Positions 1-13,643 of a stretch of DNA of 64,000 nucleotides are shown piece by piece. The stretch is from NCBI GenBank assembly GCA_032718475.1, contig JAUCBJ010009163.1, forward strand, positions 1-64,000, written 5' to 3'. How positions within the stretch are numbered: the first letter of the stretch is position 1; the number at the start of each line of letters is the position of its first letter. The notes under the pieces were generated by a model that had not been told where the DNA came from, did not search any database, and was given only the letters and a program-made list of their open reading frames with translations. A program made the translations under genes and the position numbers. The DNA is from Nemertoderma westbladi (lineage: Eukaryota > Animalia > Xenacoelomorpha).

Positions 1-1025
1 TCTAATAAAACAATTTGACTATTTCTTAAATATTAATATAACTTGTTTGTTTACATTAGGGGTTTATGAAACCTGTTATACATTATATTTTCTACATCTT
101 TTAACCGATTAAGGGCACACGCAGTTTATAGCCACAGGTAGTATTATTGTCTATGTCTATAATGTACGTGGTGTGGTGTCTGTTTCCTCTGAATGAAAAA
201 TTATTTTTCATTCATTATTTTTTTCATTTGTTGTATTTAGTTTTTTTAAATATTGCCTATAAAGTCAACAAGATAGATTGATTTCCTTTGTTCTATGTTA
301 TGTAGTATTACCTATTAGTCGATCCCTACCTATTAGTACTATTAGTAATTACTAATAGTATCGCATTAACTAATAATAATATAGTAACTACAATTTGATT
401 TACAATGTGGTAAAAGGTATTTGTTTAACATTGTGATTTAATGATATATTATTAGTACCGTTATTTGTTCACCAGTTGTCCTGTCTGTCAATATGTTGTT
501 TTGTCCGCTGTACAAGGGTGTTCGGTAGATGTTCTAGGAGTAAATAATATTAACTATAAGACCTGCCTCTGGCTAGGCAACCCTCGGGAGAGGGCACTGT
601 TAACCGATGCCACGAGGTGTCTTAAGGACCGGTCAACCATAATCCAGGGTGTTTCATTCTAAATGGTGTAGCCCATTCCTCGGTCTTCACGATCGGGGTT
701 GTGAGACCACGAACTTCCAGTATAGCATTAAAAAGCTATATACATGGGATACGTCCTCTCATCTCCCGGACACAACCGACATCCGGACTACAGTATATGT
801 GTTATATGTTGTACTGTTGGACAACTGGAAGTTGTAATGGTTATATATGTGATGCCATTAATACTGTAAATATAACTGTAAATGTAATACGACGATATAA
901 TTAGATTTAATATTTACATTTTTATTTGGTGACTTTGTGTATTCGCCTATTGTGCTTTATATTATTCTGTATGTATTGGTATTGGTAGATTTTTAGATTT
1001 CGGTTCCCGAAAATCTAGAGGGGGC

Positions 1026-1392
1026 TGTGGAAATAGCTCGCCCTCTAGCGGCTAGATTCCCTCTTCCCTATATATAAGAATTTCTATACCATTATACATC
1101 AGTCAGGAGTCAGTAGTACGGTAGGACAGTCAGCAGTGTACCGTAACTCACTGCTGTGCCCAATATTTTTCGTACCACATATCATTAACTGTCATATACT
1201 TCACACGTTTCAGTGTTTAGATATTATTATACATACTTCTGTTTTGTATTTTACTCTTTATCTGTTATTCTCTATAACATGCCGAGCGTGTGCAGACAGG
1301 CAGAGGTGCGTCAGCGATCAATATTACCATAACTCAGTCAATCACACGTTAACACCGTACTTCCGGACTGGATAGCGCGTGTGATCGTCACA
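1026..1392 (+). mobile_element. Candidate short LTR (solo or 3' LTR) of an unrelated element
   Basis: Starts TGTGG right after purine run AGAGGGGGC, ends TCACA, has a TATATATAAG box near 1069. No partner LTR or TSD seen in the window. Confidence 0.35.
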
Positions 1393-1442
1393 TGGTAAAT
1401 ACATCCCGCTATTAGCGTGCTAATCGCTGGATATGTATTTGC

Positions 1443-1471
1443 GGGGGGGGGGGGGGGGGGGGGGGGGGGGG
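1443..1471. repeat. Poly-G homopolymer
   Basis: 29 consecutive G. Similar G/C tracts at 37047-37070 and in both arms of the MITE (~43820-43841, ~44629-44655). Confidence 0.9.
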
Positions 1472-1594
1472 TCTCTGCAAGCTATCCTAGAAGAATTACA
1501 AATAGGAATAATGTATATAAGAATATGTAAACCTATATAGCTAACAATTAAATAATTGCTACATACTAATTAGACATGGTGACATTTACTGTAT

Positions 1595-2763
1595 TGTTCG
1601 CGCTTTTAGACCTTTAGCAGTTTAACCTGCCAAATTTAGGTGTCTTCTAGGTTATAAATCGACTTTAGCCTATAACAAGTATTTGATACACATAAAGCTA
1701 CATTAGCCGAAGCCAGCCTATGCGCGATCATTCACCCACGGTTAAGGGAGACTGGATTCGGATGCTCTGACCTTATTGCGGTGTAGGCCTACTGTACTAT
1801 TCGATTGATCGTTAATATATAATCTCTGACAAATATTATTCACTTTCGGGAAATATTAACAGTTCCTTTAGGACGTGGCGCTCTAAGTATGTAAACAGAG
1901 TTATGACTTACACTAAACACAACGGGATGGCTAATGATTTACGTATAAAGCGCATTCTTTAGGAAATGCTTTGTTATCTGTCACACTCATGCACACTACC
2001 GCACACTGCTGCACACTGATCTGCCGACCTTCACTAATTTTAATCATATATAAGGAGAACAGCAACTGACACATGTAGGGTCTATGAAATAGCATTCAAT
2101 TCACTCCAAAACCACTATAATGTAAGTCGCAATTGCTATATGTAACCGGTCTCTCTAACCTTCAGTATATCAAGAAGATTGGGGTTTTCTGATTATTCAT
2201 CGATATTCTCCAAATATAACAACATTCCATCAACTGATAACAATTAATAACCGACAGTAAATAGCAGTAAAATAATGCGGTGAAAGGTATGTATAGTCAT
2301 GTATGAGTGTGATCAGTCGATAACAGTTATACGTTTCTATGATCAAAGCCGTTCTAATGTTTGGCTAAAGTCTGAAACACAGAATAATTCCACAGCCGAT
2401 GTTCTGGGCTCAGGAAAAAAGGTAAACAAAGACCATAATGCATTGCGCGATTTCCCGGAGGCTTCTGTGCAAATAAAATGAAAATCGCTCTGATTGGTCG
2501 AGCCGAACAAAGAACAAAGAAAGCTCTACGTGGACATATCAGCTGATAGATGTCGTCATCTGAACTACACTGTATCAAGAGTATTTTGGCGTATTGCGGC
2601 ATAAAATCGCTAGTTATGTCCGCTAAAGTACACATACAGAAAAATGGCTTTTTATGTCCACTAAAACACCTACACAGTAAGAAAACGGCTTTTTATGTCC
2701 GCTAAAACACCTACAGAGTACTTTGCGGGGAAAATGACTAGCTAGATCCGCAAAAGCTTTACA
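1595..2763 (-). repeat. 3' LTR of element B (1169 bp)
   Basis: Matches 37482-38811; reads TGTAAAG...CGAACA on the minus strand, preceded by PPT GGAGCGG. Confidence 0.92.
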
Positions 2764-2789
2764 CCGCTCCCAGAAAATGGGATTTAATT

Positions 2790-4392
2790 CTATAAAATAT
2801 AAAAAATCACAGTTTCTAAAATATAAAAATACTCTAAACAGTAAGTCTTTCTTGCGGGACGGCGTTTACGCAGTTTTTTGAGGCTAGCAAGAGTCCTTTT
2901 CTCTATGGGGCGAGCCACTTTACTAGGAGGGCTATAACTCCTGGGTGAAGGGTGCAATACAATTGCATCGGAAGGTTTAGGATTACGGTCGGTGTATCCG
3001 CCGGTCGAGGTACCTGGTTGATCGATATCAACCTCAGTGGAACGAGGTCGAACAACCTTGAGAGCGCGTTTTAAGACAGCAGCTCTTACTGGTCCCTGAC
3101 GGGTCGTTTGCACGAAAGCGGTAGGTGGACCGTGTGTAGTGAGAAATTTCCTCGGTTTGATGATTCTTTCCAACTCGCGTTCTCGGGCTCTATCGGAATC
3201 GATATGCTTCTCCTCGAGCTGATTTTCCTCCGCTTGTCGTTGAAAGCATTCGTCCAAAACTCTTGCAGAAAGTAGAGTCGTCCAAGTTCGATATCTTCTT
3301 AGAGATTCTGGATTTCCTGATCGAACTGAGATAAAGCTAATTCGTTTACCGCTTGGACTTGCTGCTGCAATTTACGTTTCTCTAAACAATTGTAGGTTCC
3401 TTTTCCGATCTTTTGACGAATAGTGTCCAACGCGTTTCGTACAACTCTCTCCTCCACCTCGGTGACAGGTTGTATCGGGTTAAACCGGGACGATGATACG
3501 GTTGAATGGCGATATTAGATGTCCGCGTCCCAATCCGGCTAGGTAAGATGGGCGAATATCTAGGGAGCCCACAACCGGAGTGCCACCGACTAACTGTTCG
3601 GGTAACACTAGATCTTTGAACAGTGAGTACAGTTCGGGAGGATCCGTGATACTATTAGGATCAAGAGTCTGAGGTCTCACTAGGGAATGAGGAGGTCTGA
3701 CCGAGTATTCCGGAACTCTGATCATAGGTTTATTTAAGGATCGTTTGAGTCGAGCGAGCGTAGGTGATACATCGAACAAGTTTCGCTCGAAACTCCCGTA
3801 AATATAGCGAGTAAAACCGTGTTTAAAGCAACGTCTCCGCGGATGTTTATGTCTTTCCGTTTGTTGGTTGGGTCTTGGGCATTCATCGCAATAATACCAA
3901 AGACGCACGTCTTGTAGGGGAAACGCGGGTGATATTTATTCGGTTTTACAATGTTTCTCTCAAGAATTCCAAATATACGTTGGAGTTACCGCGTTTATCC
4001 GGTTCTTTAACGTCTTCTCTTTCGAGTCGATTTCGAATAGAATTTTCGCATTCGATTTTCAGTTTATCGTTCCGACTCCGCTGGGTAGGATATTTAAATA
4101 GGACCATTTCCCTTTCGGTGTCGACATCGTCCGTATCGTGTAAATCGATAGGATGACCAGTAGTTAAGAAGTCCATATGCGTACCATTACGATGCGTATA
4201 GCGAGCAGTGAATTTTCGATAGTCCAATTCACGAGTGAGTTGCTCCTGGGACATTGGCGGTTCGATATAACGACCATCGTCCTCCGTAGTAGTTGGACTA
4301 GCGTCGCCGCGTATTAAGCTATCAACAAACGCTTGCAACGGTAGAGTATATCGCTCCCTGATACCAAGATCATCTTCTATCAACTCAGTCAT
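2790..4392 (-). pseudogene. Fragmented accessory ORF2 of element B (Zn-domain homologue, no exonuclease seen)
   Basis: ORF pieces 3946-4392, 3480-3908, 2790-3257. LWYYCDEC...RRCFKHGFTRY resembles LYYQCGSC...ARCSNHQQLRY in C ORF2 and LFYKCGEC...TRCQAHQFLRY in A ORF2; same position between pol and the 3' LTR. Confidence 0.6.
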
Positions 4393-5215
4393 AGCTGCTA
4401 TATGAGTTTATCAATATTATAATGAGTTTATAATTAGGCTAGCGGGCGTCGCTGCCTACCCCTCACGGCCCCCGGACAGCGCAAGATCCTCAGCGCTGAT
4501 GTACTGTCGCCGCTGTGCCTATCGCCAACATAGTAGCTGCACAACGACAACAACAACCAGCGCGAGTCACTCCACTGTCCGTCCCAAGGGCTAAGATTTA
4601 CTTCAGGTTCTTACTGCAGAGTTAGGGCTACTTTCACAATTGCGACTCGCTACTGTAAACACACTTTAGTAGTAACATTCACCTATAAACGCACAAATTC
4701 CACACAACTGTCACAAACCGCACACATTCGGGCCATTTGTCCGTTAGTCAAGTGCCTTCCAGAATGCCACGTTATTATTGGGTATCCTTGGATACTAGCA
4801 GTGTGCTATTTATTCCTTATGCTATTCAATGGGGCAAGCCTTTATTGTTCTTTTAACTCACTTCTAATTCTAGCGTGGTTGTTGCCATGGTGACATTATG
4901 GAAAGCTAGCAGTAGAATTAGGGTAATTCTCATGCATACAGATCTGGGATGCTATTTAATAGTAATTCTTTAATTGTCAATATTCCTCTTTATACATGAT
5001 TTTATGAATTTTATCGGCTATTGACTATATATTGGAGATTCTCGCACACTAATATACTTAATAGGGTGAATCTCCGCTCCCATGATCTATTAATTAATGG
5101 AATTTTGGGAATGTTATAAATTGTATAAAAATGACAATTTATCAAATTCATTAAAAGATATGAATTTAAATTTATTCCCGTAAATTTTATTATTTAATAT
5201 TAAATAGACACAATT

Positions 5216-5575
5216 TTATTCCAGAGCATGTCTGGGGACTAGGATCCTGAATTCTAGGAAATTTGTCCTTTTAAGAGTATCGGTAAGTGCTACGATATCT
5301 TAATCGACTAGAATTTTAAAGGATCTAAATTTTAACAGATTTTAATTTATAGATTTTCTAGAGTTAACTTGTAAGTATTTACTCTATTGTATTTGTTTGA
5401 CAGATTTTATAAATATTAATAGTTAATATTTAAGATGGGCACCGGTTTATTCCAGAACATGTCTGGGGACGTTAACCACTGATTCTAGAATTTTGTCTTT
5501 CAAGTATATCGGTGGGTGCCGCGATATCTTAATCGACTAGAATTACAGATGGTCAAAGGGTTTAACAGATTTATT
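5216..5575. repeat. Diverged ~130-bp direct duplication in B's inter-ORF region
   Basis: TTATTCCAGARCATGTCTGGGGAC...GATATCTTAATCGACTAGAATT...TTTAACAGATTT present at ~5216 and ~5447. Confidence 0.75.
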
Positions 5576-6097
5576 TTGCGTTTTACGCTACTGTTAAAGG
5601 GACATCACGCTACTATATGTATTATTTAATATACGGTATGAGAGCAATATCGCAAGAAGCAATGTCAGTGAGAAGAGGCAAGTCGTTTCCAAGGTCTACC
5701 CAGAGCTTGGTTTAGCCGAGACACGAGGATCTGAACTTTGCATTCCTAATACTCTACTTACCAATAATACTTGAATATAGTAGGAGCTTTATTGTACTTT
5801 AATAAGTACGGACATTTCATCTTACTGTAGTCACGTATTTATAATGTAATACGGACAGTAAGGAAAGAGAAAAAGAATTATTTCTCGCCGTCGCACTAAA
5901 TATATAATATATAAGTAATTAAGTAATAAACACTAATATATATTGCACTAATCTACTAAATAATCGCTAAAATAACATTCTACTAAATAAAATTAAAGAA
6001 AACGATTATAATAAAATTACATAATAATACATACATAAATATAAAATAATAAAAACAAATATAAAATAATATAGTCACACACCCACTCCAGACGCTG

Positions 6098-9000
6098 TTA
6101 CGTTGGGGAGTCCCTAGATGTTTGTTGGATTAGGGAGGTGGTCGTGGGAAGAGTATCTTGCCTTCCATAGTTTCCGGACAGTTCTCGGTCTCTTTCCAGT
6201 AAACATAAACGACCAACTGGGCGATTGAGTTGTTGTGTTTCGAATACAATTCCAGGTTTCCTCTTCGTCCTGGAATAGTGACGATAGAAACATCGCTTCA
6301 AATACACGACGGCCTTACAAAGCCGATTCCAGGAGCTATAGTGGTCCATCGCTCCCGGCAGGAGAGGTGAGAGTCCCTGCGAGACGTCTGGTGTTCCAGA
6401 TCTCCAGTCTCTCTCTCTGATCTCCACAACAGATCTGTTCGCGGTGGGGGAGTTTAGATCCACAGCGTCGTCCCTGGCAATGTGTAGTACAGACAGATCT
6501 ATCACGGGTTTAAATAACCTTGATTTACTCGTCCGGGTTTTAGGTTTGACTTTCTCCGCTCCCTTGGCTTGTCTAATCTCAGCCGTGGTAAGATGGGGAG
6601 GCCATTCATCTTCTTTACTTAGGAAGTCGGGTCCACCTAACCAGTCTGGAGTATCTGTCAGTTCTTGAGGAGTTGCTCCTCTGGAAGCGATGTCGGCTAG
6701 ATTAATCGTCTCGGGGCAATGTCTCCATTGATCTACATTAGAGTTAATATCGTCATTATCTGAGGAGTATGGTGTTCCCTCAGTTGTGGTCGTCTCTCCC
6801 TCACTGATGTCTTCTTCCCATTCACTCTCCTGATGGACCTGATCTTTGGGTAGCCTTTCCATGAGTGTCCTACGGGAAGGTCCAGTGAGGTACCAACCTA
6901 CTCTTGTTCTTCCCGCATAGGTTTGCAATGGTTGCGGTCGAGCAGGCCGTTTCTCTAATGTCTCAAGCGCCTCATGCGCATTTTGGCCGATGAGTATCTG
7001 TACCCCTGGGTAGTCGGTGTTGAATCTAGGTATCTCATGCTGCTGGGTGAAATCGTCTTCATCCCAGTTATAAGGTTCCACTTGGCTGGTAGCGAAGTTC
7101 TTTATCGCCACCATTTTTACTGACCTTATACTGTGTTCTCCTAGTTCATCCTGGGGGGTGGACAACGCGCCTACATAGTAGTCTGTAGCTACTGTAGATT
7201 TCCAAACCTGCATAATTCCTGAAAGGTTCAACTTAGTTCGGAACTTGGGTTGTCCAGCAAAGATGTCTTCGGCTAGTTCTTTGTCGATGAATGTTCCTGT
7301 GCTGCCGGAGTCAAGGAGGGCGTTCACTATATAGCTCTTTTTTAACCCGTGGACTCTCAACTGCACTACGGGAAATTCCCGGATTCCTACGTTGGAAGTT
7401 GGCGCTTTCCAAGATGGTTGTCGGTCAGGAATAGTTAGGGGGAGCTCGCTATCGGTTTCAGTCTCATACGTAAGTGCTCGATACACTGCGGTGTTTATTA
7501 GGTAACAGGATTCGTTTTCGTCGGAGAATTCATCCGTATAGAATCCTTCCATCTCAGAACTTTGGTCAGTGTCGTTCACATCACTGAATTGGACATGTAG
7601 TTCGGACTCACTTACCTGACTCGGGCTGTTTCTTTCGAATTCAGTGTGCAACAAGATATGATGTTTCGCGCCGCACTTAGCACACCTTGCGTCGGAGTAA
7701 CAGGTTCGCCGTTGGTGTCCTTGTCTGAGGCAATTATAACACAACCGCTTATCCCACATGACTTCACGTCTATCTTTTAGTGATTTCCTCAGAAATTCAT
7801 CACACACACTTAAACGGTGGGGCCCGTCGCACAGCACACATTTTGGTTTGATGTTACTTACCTTACTTTGGGTAACGTTGTGCACACTCGTTCTTTCCTC
7901 GGGCTTTCTTCCATGAATTCTCTTAGGAGACGTAGGAGGAGTTTTTCTTACCTGTTCTCTCCTGTCATTGGTTCGAGACTTGAATTTACTTACGTCTTTA
8001 GGCGCTTTGTTGACATAGTAAGATCTTTCAGTGTCTTTCCCGCTGTCTTCTTCTTGAGAAGCCTGGCTTTCGCCGTCGTCTGTATAACACACTGGTGTTA
8101 CCTTTCTCCTAGAAACGGGTTTCTCACTTACCTTATTTTCCGGTGTCTTCTCTCTGGACTGCTTTAGGAGCTGTAATTTTACCTCTCCATCTAAGAATGA
8201 CATGAGATCAGCCATGGTAGGGTCTCTTCGTTGTTGTTCCATCATATATAACACTTTCTTGTCCCAGCGTGTACCTACTCCACCCTTTGGCAAAGTAGAT
8301 GCTACGGCTCCAATAACCATAGAATTCTGGTATTCATGAGACTTACCTAACCAATCTAGTTGTCTACAGATCTCCTGAATCTCGTCGGAAAACTCTATAA
8401 TCCCGCTGCTAAGAAACTTTCGGGGCGCCATTAATTTCGCATACAAATACCTAGCTATGTTATTCCTATTACCATACCTGATGTTTAGTGTATCCCAAAC
8501 TTGTCTTAATCCATCTGGATGTCCAATAAACTTTAACGCCATTAACTTGGGAGATCCTTCCAAGCACTCGATGAGGAATCTAAGTTTCTCTCCGTTAGAT
8601 AGCACAGAGTTCTGTATGTTATCTTTATAATATTCATTAAAAGGTAACCATTTCATCTCATCTCCATTGAACTTGACGATCTCTCCCACCTTTACCGCTT
8701 GACGGGCTTCGGTTCTAGCCATTTGACGCGTAAAACTTTCTTGGGCCATCGTATTATTTAATATCGAGTTATCGGTATATAAATTACTCGGATTATTATC
8801 AGGTCTATATGGAATATCATTGTCAACAGGTTTATAATTACCCTTAATAGGGTTTACTATAGGAGTTTCTACTTCACTAGCAGTATAGATGCGTGTAGGC
8901 TCCACACCTTGCGCATGAAATATTTCAGACCTAACAGGTTGACACATTGTTACAGGGGGTGGTGGTATACCCTTTTGTGTATTTACTAATTTATCGCGTT

Positions 9001-11047
9001 CTAACGCGATACTCTGCTGCACTTCTTGCAACTCTAACCTACTTTCCCTTACTGTTCCTTTGAACTGTTGAACAGTCTCCTGCATCTGCCTGAGCAGGAG
9101 ATCCATCCCCCGCCGTCCCTCATCCACCCACTCGACCGCCGAAGCAGGAGCCGCCAACATAGTAGCGGGCAGACGAGGGACAACGGGCGACAAATCGTCG
9201 AGATTTCGCTCGGAGTCCAGGACAGGAACTGTCTCAGGGGCGGTTCTGCTGGGCACAGGTAGTTTAGTGCTGTGCAAAGGGAATTTTGAGTCGGGCTCTG
9301 GAAGTACAGGGGTCTCTATCACAGAGGGGGTGGCTTCGAGAACAGGCCTAATTATTTCAGGCTCATCTACTATAGTAGGGGGTCTTTCTACTTTAACAAT
9401 TTGGTCTGTGGGTTCTGTGCTACCTAAGTCTGTGCTAGCTAGTTGCCTTCTCACAGCTGGGGGCAGATTAGGCAATTTCTGACGGTGAGGCATTCTTCTA
9501 CGTCTGTTGGAACGAGATCAATTTCCTCCGCCTTCAGGATCGGTGGTATCGCCTTCATCAGATGATGTAAATCCTTGTCTTTTGGGAGTAGATCGACTTA
9601 TCATCTGCAATTGACTAGCTGTTAACTGTTTATCTAGGTAGTCTTGCTTCTCTTGCAGATTTTCCAACTCTAGTTGGGTGGTCTGTTCAGATGCTTTCCG
9701 TTCTGCTTCTGCCACTGCTATCTTTCTTTCCGCTTCTGCTGCTTTTCTTTCCACTTCTGCCGCTGCCTCTGCCACTTTTCTTTCCACTTCTGCCACCTTT
9801 CTTTCCGCTTCTGCCGCTGCCACTGCTGCTGCTGCTGTCTTTCTGTCTTCTATACGTTTTTTCTTTACTTGTTCTTCTTGGACCCTAGTGATGCGGAGGC
9901 ATTCATCAAATTTAGCTTGGTTCGCAGCTAACATTTCCGCATCTATTGGGTCCAACACAAACTTGGCTCCTTCACTATTAGGACGAGGTCCAGCCAGCCT
10001 TCTCCTCAACTCTTCGTCACCTAGAAATCGTTGATAGTCTGACAGATAGATGTCAATAGCATCCTTCTTCTGCGGTTTCTCTGCTGTCGCTTCGCTTTCC
10101 ACTTGAGAAAAGGTAGCGTCTGTTGATTCTCCGTGGGTTGAGTGCTCAGCCAGCTGAAATTTCCACTGGGCCGTTCCTTGAACCTTGAGACTCAACCGCT
10201 GGAACCAAGTCTTTACGGCAACTTGCAACAACATGTCTTGTCTTCTTTTCGAAGCTTCCTCAAAGGCTGATAGGATTAGTCTGATTCATAGAATTCTTTC
10301 TCGAACTTGATAAAGCAGCTCTCCCTGCTCTTGAGGTCCTTGGGGTTATTGAAACAGTTGTTCCTCTAATCGCTCCAAAGAGCTGAAGAATCCCTGTACA
10401 TATCCTGCTGCCGACCTCTTCCACACAGCTGGATCACTAGTGTCTTTTGTCACTCCCATCCGGTATAAGTCCTCCCAGGCGGCTTCCGATAAGTTAAACG
10501 GGAGTCCGGGTCCGGGGAAGTTCCATTGCGACTCTACAATAGACTTCAGTTCCTCCCTTGTGTATCTCGCATAACTATCCTTGGTCGATCGCTTACTTCT
10601 CGCCCAATCAATTTGGTGTTCCTCCACCGCAATCAATACCCTAGTGAGTACGGCTGCAGGAAGAATGAGAAGGGGATCCGAATAAACCGCATCTGCCATC
10701 TTTGCTCCGCGCTCGGGTGTCAGCTCTACAGTATCCGAACTACTGGAGCTATCGGGCCGCTGAGAAATAAGTTCTCGGCTCGAGTGTTGCTGCTGTTTAA
10801 CAGCTGCTTCTTGGTCCCGCTTGACTTGAGCCCGAGTGCCTATGACAGACCTACGGCGCCTCACTAACTTCGCAAATTGCGAAATTGCTTCTACTAACCT
10901 AGGTTCTGACACAACTACTGTAGGGGTTGCCTTTCTTACAGTAGGAGGGGTCTCAGACCTCGGTCTGGGATTCTCTATACTCCTATCTGAGAAACAGACT
11001 GTTGTTTCTAGGAGACTATCTGACAGAGTTTGCTTTGTGTCAGCCAT
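6098..11047 (-). pseudogene. gag: Bel/Pao gag-protease polyprotein of B; RT, most of RNase H and integrase absent; three in-frame stops
   Basis: ORFs 10346-11047, 9518-10234 and 6098-9493 are one frame split by TAA/TGA/TGA. Coiled coil, Bel gag core (KFNGDEMKWLPF...EKLRFLIECLEGSP), triple knuckle (CVLC, CYNC, CAKC), protease LLDSGS, then a jump to the RNase H tail QWRHCP...NLADIASRG and YSSWNRL. Confidence 0.88.
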
Positions 11048-11341
11048 GTTTGTTTGTACAGTTGAATGCCTACTACTATAATGACAGTTAAAGCAAGTCT
11101 AGTAATTCAGTATCAACTATAAGCCTAGTGATTAATTACCAATATCGTTACTCAGTGTAACGTGATATATATATATACACAATATATTAGAATACTGGTA
11201 TACACATATAGTATATATATAAGTATTATTACAGACTAGGTTTATCATAGAATACCGGTATATAATTTCAGCGCAAATATATAGAAATATATAATAAGCC
11301 TATCGTGAATACCAGTATACAACTTACACTTATAGTGTATA

Positions 11342-13643
11342 TGTTACGGTATATGGCGCTGTATCCACATTGTTAGCCGTTGTACTGTATACACGATATT
11401 AGTTATTATGCAGTACACATTATTAGCCATTATACAGTATAATATATTGGTTCATTATACAGTATAATATATTAGTCCGTTATACTGTACGCAATATTAG
11501 TCCGTTATGCAGTATAATATTTTAGATAAGACATAATAGCGCAGTGACATTTAGATAAGGAAATTAAAACGCCCATATATTTTGAACTCATCCATTTTGT
11601 ATAGTATGTAGCCCTACCTACGTAATTTTGTAATATGATATAAGTAGATAGTTCCAGGGTAGCAAGTTCAGTCGGACCCTGGATTTCGGGCTTGCTGTTA
11701 TTAGCCTCGATGGGCTAGCTATCACGGGTCTGATTTCTTTATAATCGCGCTAAATTAACTTTTGTGCATCATGTTATTAGTACCGCTAAATTAAGCATCG
11801 GCAAAATTACCTTATATGGTGACGTTTTGAGGGTTTGGGAAGCAATAGGGCTACAATCCGGCTTTCTTATTGGACTAACTGCTTCCAGGTTGGTCTAATG
11901 CTAGCGCGGATTGGAGAGCCAATGAGAGAGCGATTGCATCACCCTTCTCGGATCACCTATAAATTGGCGGTTTGCCGGTAGAGCTGTACCTCATTTAGCT
12001 GTACTCCAGCAATAACAGCAGCAACTCACTCAGACATATTTAGTGCCATTAAGTTTAGGAGTATAATTTGTGTGTATTTTCTGCATTTCTACCTTTTCGA
12101 TTAATTTCTTGGAATGATTCGTTAGTGCTACTATTCTCACTTGTGTTTCTCAATCAATCCCAACAATTACTGCTAATTACAACCGGAACTATGATTTCTA
12201 CCTCTTTTGTTAATGGTTCTATGTAATTCATTTCGACGCAATAATCCTACGGGATTTTCTGAGACTGGCAGACTTGTGATTTGCATGCGCCGCTACGGTA
12301 GCTATTCATCTTGATGGAGGGCTAAGGTACCGGTAGGCGGTGGGCGCATCGGGGGGTTTAGCGACTAAGGGAGTGCGGAGGATTCAAAGGCGGGCAACGC
12401 TGGCGGGGGGTCAACGTTGCGGTCGGGCAACTTGCGTTGTAGCGGGCAGACCATTTGCTGGTACGGCAATTAGGGGGCTGATGATCCAGATTTTGTCTCT
12501 ATTTTGTAGTATTAGGGGGGCAGGAATTGGGTTAGTTAGGAAGCCTTAGATGTACCGGGAGAGGCCTGCGTGCTTTACAATAGCGAGTTGCATGGCGAAT
12601 TATATGATTGCGGATTGTATATTTGCAAGTTGTACTATTGTGATCTGTGATTGCTGACGCTGATTGGTGTGTTACTGAAGTGTGCCTATGATTACGAATG
12701 CTTAGGTAGGCGCCCCTTTTCTCTTTGATTGATTTCTATTTCTTAGTTTACAATAAATGATTACTGATTAGGTCAAAGTAATACAGTATTTTAGGCTGTT
12801 ACTAGTGAAACCTGTTGTGTAATAAATTAGAATTACGCATTCTGGAACTCTTAGTAATTAGTACGCTGTTACATATTTGTGACTGTAATTAATTAGAAAA
12901 ATTAAGAATTAGTACGCAGCATAGCGGAGAGTAGCTAAGGTAATAATTTAGAGTACCGTAAACTATTCACGCTGAGCGGTTATTTGAATTAGCGGGCAAT
13001 AAGCTAGATCGCAGTATTCAATACGCAACACGCATTAGTAAATTGCTGGCCTAAAGCCAGCCGCAGGCAAGTTTAGACCCGGAGCGGTATTACCCACGAA
13101 AGACATCGTACCGTACCATTATTTGATTATTTTAAATATTCTCGCATTCACACATTCCGTTAGGGAACCCCCAGTATTCGCGATTAGAAAAGACGTAGGC
13201 ATTGGCGTACTTCAATAGTAGTAAAATTAGGCGTAAGAATATACTCTGAATGCAAAGCCTCTCGCACTCGTCTTAAGTAAGCTTAGGGAGCCGACTCGGG
13301 TTTATTGTTTTGGTTATTCCCGCGTGGCTCATAGATTCGAACAGTTAGCTCTCTTTCGAGCGATCGGTAGAGAAAGGAACAAGCGATTTTGCAGGAGCCG
13401 TGTAAATTTAGTAAAATATATTAGCGGACGGCAGATTAGCGCCATCCAACGGTAAGTAGCGATTTTGTATTTAGCAGCCCTACAATTTAGTAATAGCACG
13501 CTCCTGATCACCTTTATTTAACAGTAGAGCAGTTTTTGTGTCTTATTGGTTAGGCGGGAACTCATTAGGTTAACAGAGAAGTATACCGGTATTTGTCTGT
13601 TCTACAGTTCTGCTGTTAGTATAGGTGACGCGCTAGTTTAACA
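11342..13643 (+). repeat. 5' LTR of element A (2302 bp)
   Basis: About 99% identical to 33555-35857 (roughly 25 differences by eye); ~23-25-bp tandem repeats at ~11370-11530. Confidence 0.95.
11910..11995 (+). promoter_or_regulatory. Putative Pol II promoter of LTR A
   Basis: ATTGG 11910 and CCAAT 11919, TATAAAT 11958-11964, TCATT initiator-like sequence ~11991; AATAAA at 12752. Confidence 0.5.

Noticed and set aside
1393-1410. tRNA PBS (TGGTAAATAC...) after the candidate LTR
   Set aside because: Beyond TGG it matches no tRNA 3' end I recognise, and no internal domain follows.
2354-2635. Duplicated small ORFs (also 13329/35543, 38247, 47911/62708, 48447/63245, 48813/63611)
   Set aside because: They recur only because they lie in LTRs; no protein motifs, mostly non-ATG starts.
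9674-10034. Hydrophobic or Cys-rich ORFs here and at 15871-16502 and 51037-51565
   Set aside because: Antisense shadows of repetitive coiled-coil codons in gag.
11645-11700. Hammerhead or HDV-like ribozyme in LTR A
   Set aside because: No CUGANGA/GAAA core in the right arrangement and no P3/P1.1/P4 elements.
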